From Alphaproteobacteria bacterium (lineage in GTDB: Bacteria; Pseudomonadota; Alphaproteobacteria; UBA828; JAPUJA01), in NCBI GenBank assembly GCA_963694715.1, contig CAVOEB010000002.1, positions 4,305 to 68,304 of the forward strand: a DNA stretch of 64,000 nt. The letters are read 5' to 3'. A model generated the notes under the pieces. It was not told the origin of the DNA, ran no database searches, and saw nothing but the letters and a program-made list of their open reading frames with translations. The translations under genes and the position numbers were made by a program. Shown here one piece after another: positions 58,653-64,000 of this stretch (positions are counted from its first letter, which is position 1; every line of letters begins with the position of its first letter).

Positions 58653-59776
58653 GCCGGATTGAGACCGAGGTCGCCATTATCGGCGGCGGTATCGCGGGAT
58701 GCTCCGCTGCGCTGCATCTTGCCCGCCGGAACGTTCCGGTCATGCTTTTCGATAAGGGATTCGCCGGGGCCGGAGCAAGCGGCGTGAATTTCGGCGGCGT
58801 GCGGCGAAACGGCCGCCATATCGAAGAGATGGCTCTCGCCACACGTTCGCTGGCCGATTACTGGCACAAGCTTGAGGACTGGCTGGGCACGGACTGCGAA
58901 TTCACGGTCACCGGCCAACTGAAGTTGGCCCGCAACGCCGACGAGCTTGCCCTTCTCGATGCTTACGCCGAAGCGGCGGCCCCTTACGACCTCGGCCTCG
59001 AACCGCTGAACCGCAACGCGCTGATGGAGCGCTACGACTGGGTCGGAGAATGGGCCTTTGCGGCCTGGCACTGCCCGTCCGACGGCCACGCAAACTCTAG
59101 GCTCGTCGGCCCCGCCTTTGCCAAGGCCGCCCGGGCCGCCGGCGCGGACTTGCGTGAACACGAATCGGTCGTTCACGCCGAAACGCTTGGCGACGGCTTC
59201 GAGATCGCCACGAAATCCGGACTGGCGGTCCGGGCCAATCGCCTGCTCAACTGTGCGGGCGGCTGGGGTGCCGAGATCGCGGCCCTGTTCGGCGAGCAGG
59301 TGCCGATCGTGCCCCTCGCCCCGCAAATGGCCGTGACCGAGCCTTGCCCCTATTTTCTCGAGCCCGTGCTGGGGATGGTGGGCGGCGAGCTTTATGTCCG
59401 CCAGATCCCGCGGGGCAACATCATCCTTGGAAACGGCGGCGGCGGCGAGGTCGATCTCGCGAGCGGACGAACCAAGGTTCGCCCCGCCGATACGCTTGCT
59501 AGCCTTGCCGACGCGGTCAAGCTGGTGCGCCCGCTCGCCAACGTCAACGTGATCCGCACCTGGACCGGCATCGAGGGCAAGACGCCGGACGGCTACCCGA
59601 TCATCGGACCGAGCGCGACGACGACAGGGCTATTTCACGCCATCGGGTTTTCGGGCCACGGCTTCCAGCTCGGACCGGCGACCGGCGCCGTGTTGGCCGA
59701 GCTAGCCCTGGACGACGCGACCCCGACCGACATATCGGCCATGAGCATTAAGCGCTTTACGGCGCCGGCGACTTAG
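58649..59776 (+). CDS. FAD-dependent oxidoreductase subunit (HcnC / DAO / sarcosine-oxidase-beta type)
   Basis: Start MSRIETEVAIIGGGIAGCSAALHLA overlaps the upstream stop (ATGA). Confidence 0.75.
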   Translation: MSRIETEVAIIGGGIAGCSAALHLARRNVPVMLFDKGFAGAGASGVNFGGVRRNGRHIEEMALATRSLADYWHKLEDWLGTDCEFTVTGQLKLARNADELALLDAYAEAAAPYDLGLEPLNRNALMERYDWVGEWAFAAWHCPSDGHANSRLVGPAFAKAARAAGADLREHESVVHAETLGDGFEIATKSGLAVRANRLLNCAGGWGAEIAALFGEQVPIVPLAPQMAVTEPCPYFLEPVLGMVGGELYVRQIPRGNIILGNGGGGEVDLASGRTKVRPADTLASLADAVKLVRPLANVNVIRTWTGIEGKTPDGYPIIGPSATTTGLFHAIGFSGHGFQLGPATGAVLAELALDDATPTDISAMSIKRFTAPAT

Positions 59777-60789
59777 CGCTCCGGGCGCACCACGACTTTG
59801 CCGAAATGGGTGCCCGCATCGAGATGGCGGATCGCGTCGACACCCTCGCTCAACGGAAACATCCGGTCGATGACCGGTTCGATTTGATGCTGGTTGACCA
59901 TCTCGAGCATCGCCCGACATTCCGCCGTATTGCCCATGGTGGTGCCGCGAATGCTGATCCAGTGCAGAAACACGTAGGCCAAATCGATCTCGACGATATC
60001 GCCCGCCGTCGCGCCGAACACCACCAGCCGACCGCCCTGGCGCAGGCACGCGACCGATTGATTCCAGGTCGGCGCACCCACGGATTCGATGACCAGATCG
60101 GCGCCCGCGCCGCCGGTAAGCTTGCGCACCGCCGGCGCCCACTCGGCATCGCTGGCAAGAGCCAGGTCGGCGCCGAGCGCTCGCGCCCGCTCGCCTTTTT
60201 CCGGGCTTCGCGAGGTCACCACGACCCGCGCCCCAGCCGCCTTGGCAAGCTGGAGCGCCATGATCGAGGTGCCCGCGCCAATCCCGGGAATGACAACCAT
60301 CTGGCCGCTCTGCAACTCCCCCTCGGTAAACAGCGCCCGGTAGGTCGTAATTCCGACCAACGGCACGGCCGCAGCCTGTTCCCAACTCAGATGGGCGGGC
60401 TTGGGCTCGACATTCGCACGCGGCACCACGGCATATTCCGCGAGTGTGCCGTCCGTGGGATAGCCGATGAGCAACCCGTCATAGCCGCCACGGGGCGGGC
60501 CGCTGCGCTCGTCGGGCCAATCGAGGGTCGGGTTGACGACGACCTCCGCACCCTCGTCGATATCCTCGACCCCGGGGCCGCGGCCGGCAATCACGCCGGC
60601 ACCATCCGAGCCGAGAATGGCGGCGGGCTTGTCCAGATCCCGGCCCAGACAGGTCCAGATATCCCGGTGGTTGAGCGCCGCGGCACGGATTTCGAGCAAC
60701 ACCTCGCCCGGACCGGGAACGGGGATCGGTCGATCCGCCAGGGTCAGGCCATCCAACCCGGGTACCTTTTCGTGAATCACGCAGCGCAT
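59773..60789 (-). CDS. Zinc-binding MDR-family dehydrogenase / quinone oxidoreductase
   Basis: Start MRCVIHEK. Motifs GSDGAGVI and GAGTSIMALQLAKAAGARVV. Confidence 0.75.
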   Translation of the reverse strand: MRCVIHEKVPGLDGLTLADRPIPVPGPGEVLLEIRAAALNHRDIWTCLGRDLDKPAAILGSDGAGVIAGRGPGVEDIDEGAEVVVNPTLDWPDERSGPPRGGYDGLLIGYPTDGTLAEYAVVPRANVEPKPAHLSWEQAAAVPLVGITTYRALFTEGELQSGQMVVIPGIGAGTSIMALQLAKAAGARVVVTSRSPEKGERARALGADLALASDAEWAPAVRKLTGGAGADLVIESVGAPTWNQSVACLRQGGRLVVFGATAGDIVEIDLAYVFLHWISIRGTTMGNTAECRAMLEMVNQHQIEPVIDRMFPLSEGVDAIRHLDAGTHFGKVVVRPER

Positions 60790-60857
60790 CGCATAATCTC
60801 CCTCCAAGGCGCGCGTAGCACGCATGCCCGATTTAACCAGCTTTTAGGTCACGAAAC

Positions 60858-61589
60858 CTATTTAGACCGCCCGTGCCGCTTGACCACCCGATCGAACCAA
60901 CGCTCGCCGAGCGTCGTGGTAAGCGGCCCGTGGACCTCGCCGCACAACTCCATTTCGGCGTCGAGCTCGGCAAGCACTTCAGGGTGATCCTTCAGGAACG
61001 CCGCGCCCGGCCCCTGGTAGAGCCAGGTCCGAAGTCCCTCCGGCGATATTTCGAAATGAGGCTGGAAGCCGTAGGTGGACTCACCCATGCGGAACGCCTG
61101 ATTGTCGTAATTATCGCCGCGCATGAGCCGCACGGCGCCGTCGGGCAAATCGAACGTGTCGAGGTGAAATTGCAGGGTCCGGAACCCCGCCTCGGAGATC
61201 GGCGGCAAAAGCGGATCGAGCGCCGCATCGGCGGTCGGATAGACCCGATGGATGCCGAGCTCGGCGATCGGGCCCTTGTAGCAGCGCCCGCCCAGAGATG
61301 CCGCGATCAACTGCGCGCCGAGGCAGATGCCGAGAATAGGCTTGTCTGCTTTATGAAAGCACCGGATAAGGTGGTCGCACCGGCGCAGGAACGGATGCTC
61401 GACGAATTCGTAAGCGCTCTGCGGTCCCCCCAGGATTATCAGGCCGTCATGCTCGGATTCGTCGGTCGGCAAATCGTCGCCGTCGGGCGGGATGCGCGCA
61501 TCGATCGTGACCCCAAATTTAGCGGCCGACGCATCGAGATAGACGTCGGGCGGCCCCCATCGGGCGCCGAGCACGGCCAGTACCTTCAT
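60858..61589 (-). CDS. Class I glutamine amidotransferase-like hydrolase (PuuD/GMP-synthase-like), paralog A
   Basis: ICLGAQ catalytic Cys motif and His near the C-terminus. 243 aa. Confidence 0.7.
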   Translation of the reverse strand: MKVLAVLGARWGPPDVYLDASAAKFGVTIDARIPPDGDDLPTDESEHDGLIILGGPQSAYEFVEHPFLRRCDHLIRCFHKADKPILGICLGAQLIAASLGGRCYKGPIAELGIHRVYPTADAALDPLLPPISEAGFRTLQFHLDTFDLPDGAVRLMRGDNYDNQAFRMGESTYGFQPHFEISPEGLRTWLYQGPGAAFLKDHPEVLAELDAEMELCGEVHGPLTTTLGERWFDRVVKRHGRSK

Positions 61590-62311
61590 GTCTCAGCCCG
61601 CCGGACAGCCAGACCAAACCAACCATCGCCAAACGCCAGGGCGAGCGGTCGATGCACTTCGTCGCACAGATGGGTCTCGGCGTCGATTTCGGCCCAGGCC
61701 TCGGGAATTCGCTCCCGGTAGCCGACGCCCGGCCCCGTATGCAGCCAGGCATCCAGATGGTCGGTCGTTGCCTCGATGTGAGGCTGAAACCCGTAGGTCA
61801 CATCACCAAGGCGAAACGCCTGATTTTCGTAAATCTCGCCGCGCATCAGGCGGGCCGCGCCGTCGGGCAACTCGAAACTGTCGCGGTGAAACTGCAACAG
61901 GCGCAATCCATCACCGGGAATTGGCGGCAGCAACGGACCGCCCACCGCTTCTGCGGTGGCGTAGATGCGAGGAAAGCCCCGCTCCGGCTCCGGGCCCTCA
62001 TAGCACCGCGCCCCGAACGCGCCGGCTATAATCTGCGCCCCCAGGAAAATCCCCAGGATCGGCTTACCGGCATCGTGAAAGCAATGGACCAGTTGATCCG
62101 AGCCTTGCAGAAAGGAATCTGAATCACGGTTGTATGCACTTTGCGGCCCGCCGAGAACGATTAACCCGAGATAGTCGCTGTCGTCGGGCGGCATGTCATC
62201 GCCGTCGGGAGGAATTCGCGATTCGACGGCCACCTCGTGACGAGCCGCACAGGCTTCTAAAATCATACCGGGCGGATCGGGCACGTCGGGCCCGATGGCG
62301 AGGATTTTCAC
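61586..62311 (-). CDS. Class I glutamine amidotransferase-like hydrolase, paralog B
   Basis: 241 aa, co-linear with paralog A (IFLGAQ). 4-nt overlap. Confidence 0.7.
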   Translation of the reverse strand: MKILAIGPDVPDPPGMILEACAARHEVAVESRIPPDGDDMPPDDSDYLGLIVLGGPQSAYNRDSDSFLQGSDQLVHCFHDAGKPILGIFLGAQIIAGAFGARCYEGPEPERGFPRIYATAEAVGGPLLPPIPGDGLRLLQFHRDSFELPDGAARLMRGEIYENQAFRLGDVTYGFQPHIEATTDHLDAWLHTGPGVGYRERIPEAWAEIDAETHLCDEVHRPLALAFGDGWFGLAVRRAET

Positions 62312-62378
62312 CGGCGGACCTCGACGCTGTGTGCCAACTCAAGCCTACCCCTCGATGGATACGTTCCCGAAACAGCGC

Positions 62379-63176
62379 CTATCGGGCGTGCCGGCGGCGC
62401 ATCAGGATCAACGCGAAGAAGCCGCCAAAGGTAAGCACCGCGACGGCGGCAATTATCAGAGAGCCGATGGCCGGAATCATCGGCGTATAGGACCCAACCA
62501 TCTTGCCAAAAATCCATTCGGGCAAGGTCGAGTCCGCCCCTGTTGTAAAGGCCGAGAGCGGGAAATTTCCCCACGAGAGCAGGAAACCCCACAAACCTCC
62601 CGAGATCACGCCCGGCGCTAGCACGGGCAGGGTTACTTCCCAATAGACCTGCCAGCGTTTCGCTCCGAGGTCGTAGGCCGCCTCCTCCATCGAGGCATCG
62701 AACCCGTACATCTGGATCGAGATCACCAGGATAACGATGGGCACGATCCAGACCAGGTGGGCGAGTACCGCCGTCCACCAGTTCGGGATGATGCCAACAT
62801 AGGTGAACCAGAGCAGAAGCGCCAACCCGAGCACCGCCTGGGGAAAGAAGATCGGCAGCAGGATCATCTTCTGATAGATTTTCTGGCCCTTCCAGTCGTA
62901 GCGCACGAAGGCCAGGGCGCCCAAAAAACCCAACACTATAGCAAAGCCCGCGACCACGCCGCCGATCTGCAGCGAGTTGCTTAGAAAGCCCTCGACCGCG
63001 GGCGAAGCGAAGGTTTTATCGTACCACTTGGTGGTGAAATCGCTGTAGGGGAACTTGAAGAAGCGCGACTTGCTGAACGACGCCATTATGACGCAGATGA
63101 TCGGCACATAGAGGAAAAGCACGAGGAAGGCCGTCCAGCTGCCGACCAGCCATTTCATCCAGCACGGGGTCTTCAT
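62379..63176 (-). CDS. ABC transporter permease (PotC/PotI-like)
   Basis: 6-TM BPD-transporter fold with EAA-like loop. Confidence 0.8.
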   Translation of the reverse strand: MKTPCWMKWLVGSWTAFLVLFLYVPIICVIMASFSKSRFFKFPYSDFTTKWYDKTFASPAVEGFLSNSLQIGGVVAGFAIVLGFLGALAFVRYDWKGQKIYQKMILLPIFFPQAVLGLALLLWFTYVGIIPNWWTAVLAHLVWIVPIVILVISIQMYGFDASMEEAAYDLGAKRWQVYWEVTLPVLAPGVISGGLWGFLLSWGNFPLSAFTTGADSTLPEWIFGKMVGSYTPMIPAIGSLIIAAVAVLTFGGFFALILMRRRHAR

Positions 63177-63178
63177 CG

Positions 63179-64000
63179 CTACTTTCTCCCCAACAGAGCG
63201 TCGAGGTCGAGCCGGCCCATCACGAAGGTCACGATCACGGCGACAACCCCGATCATGATGGTTGCCAGCGCCGAGCCCATAGGCCAGTTCTGGGCATAGG
63301 TGAATTCATGCTGGATTTCATTGGCGATGGTGATGACCGACATGCCGCCCAACACCTTGGATTCGGAGATGGCGCCCACCGCCAGGACGAAGCTGAGAAG
63401 GCCGCCGACCAGAATACCGGGCATGGCAATCGGGATCTCGATTTCCCGGAAAATCTGGAACCGCGAGGCACCCAGATCGCGAGCCGATTCCACTAGATCT
63501 TTCGGGATCATCGCAATGCCGAGTGTCATCGGAAACAGTACGAACGGCAGGTAGACGTAAACCAGGCCAAAGATGATCGAAGTCGGTGTGTAGAGGAGAG
63601 TGCCGATGTCCTCAGCACCGAAGACCTCCCGTATGATGCCGGCAAGTACGCCCGATCTCGGCAAATGGAAGAGAAACCAGCCGAACAGACGGACGTTCTC
63701 GGAAACGAACATCGGCATCAGAAACAGGAAGGTGACGATGATCGACCATTTACCGAACAGCTTGGCCATACCGTAGGCTGCCGGGTAGCAGACGACGAGT
63801 AGAATCGCGACGGTCAGGGCGGCCATGCCGAACGACCAGAGGTAGGAAATGTAGAACGTCTCGCTGAAAATCCGCTCGAAATTCTCAAGCGTCCAGGTGC
63901 CGTGATACCCGAACGTCCGGGACGGCAAGAAGCTGAACTCCATCACGATAATCAGAGGCGCCCCGAAGCCGGTAACGAAGAGCACTAAAACCGGGAGCGC
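63179..64000 (-). CDS. ABC transporter permease (PotB/PotH-like); 5-prime end beyond the window
   Basis: The ORF continues in frame to the window edge (…ALPVLVLFVTGFGAPLIIVMEF…). Confidence 0.8.
   Translation of the reverse strand, partial: ALPVLVLFVTGFGAPLIIVMEFSFLPSRTFGYHGTWTLENFERIFSETFYISYLWSFGMAALTVAILLVVCYPAAYGMAKLFGKWSIIVTFLFLMPMFVSENVRLFGWFLFHLPRSGVLAGIIREVFGAEDIGTLLYTPTSIIFGLVYVYLPFVLFPMTLGIAMIPKDLVESARDLGASRFQIFREIEIPIAMPGILVGGLLSFVLAVGAISESKVLGGMSVITIANEIQHEFTYAQNWPMGSALATIMIGVVAVIVTFVMGRLDLDALLGRK

Noticed and set aside
56992-59776. Calling the operon a genuine hydrogen cyanide synthase
   Set aside because: The HcnABC architecture is shared with D-hydroxyproline dehydrogenase and opine oxidases. 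Sequence alone cannot discriminate, so it is kept as HcnABC-like.
59806-60987. 393-aa plus-strand ORF
   Set aside because: Antisense to the MDR dehydrogenase and the first GATase1 gene.

Overview
A high-GC (about 65%) chromosomal core region with alphaproteobacterial-style gene content, densely coded on both strands. I found no transposase, integrase, phage, CRISPR or toxin-antitoxin signal. The four most interesting loci are a trimethylamine-dehydrogenase/GcvT-family gene pair at 14266-17593 behind a ~460-bp palindrome-rich leader, CIRCE elements upstream of both rpoH and groESL, a fluoroacetate-dehalogenase-like gene at 51801-52673, and an HcnABC-like oxidoreductase operon at 56992-59776. 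I could not identify a clearly novel multi-gene system. Recognisable content, left to right: the 5-prime part of a class II DAHP synthase, gor, gabD, a fold-type IV aminotransferase, a MetB/MetC-family enzyme, frmA-frmB (glutathione-dependent formaldehyde detoxification), a cobalamin-riboswitch-controlled btuB-btuF-btuC-btuD-tonB uptake operon, a trimethylamine-dehydrogenase-family gene coupled to a GcvT-family aminomethyltransferase, two SnoaL/NTF2-like genes, betA-like GMC oxidoreductase, tRNA-Glu(CUC), a TPR lipoprotein whose SPOR tail is split by a frameshift, a small membrane protein-JAMM-ltaE operon, rluD, three tandem cupin paralogs lying divergent from a CIRCE-bearing rpoH, a degenerate frameshifted Ser/Thr-kinase-like gene with two small membrane proteins, purA, hisZ, serA, truncated hemoglobin-gloB-membrane dipeptidase, serC, a PhzF-family gene, a Sel1-repeat/peptidoglycan-binding gene with three in-frame stop codons, folD sandwiched between two paralogous class-III aminotransferases, an MBL-fold hydrolase, a CIRCE-controlled groES-groEL (the GroEL is a divergent paralog with a (GGM)n tail), a PKHD-type hydroxylase, a GlcD-like FAD oxidase, a HAD phosphatase translationally coupled to a fluoroacetate-dehalogenase-like hydrolase, dadA, an M20 carbamoylase-like amidohydrolase, an EamA-like protein plus a GT2 glycosyltransferase, an HcnABC-like three-gene operon, an MDR dehydrogenase, two tandem GATase1 paralogs, and two polyamine-type ABC permeases (the last partial). 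All coordinates rest on manual reading plus the ORF track, so boundaries and regulatory sites are approximate to a few nucleotides.
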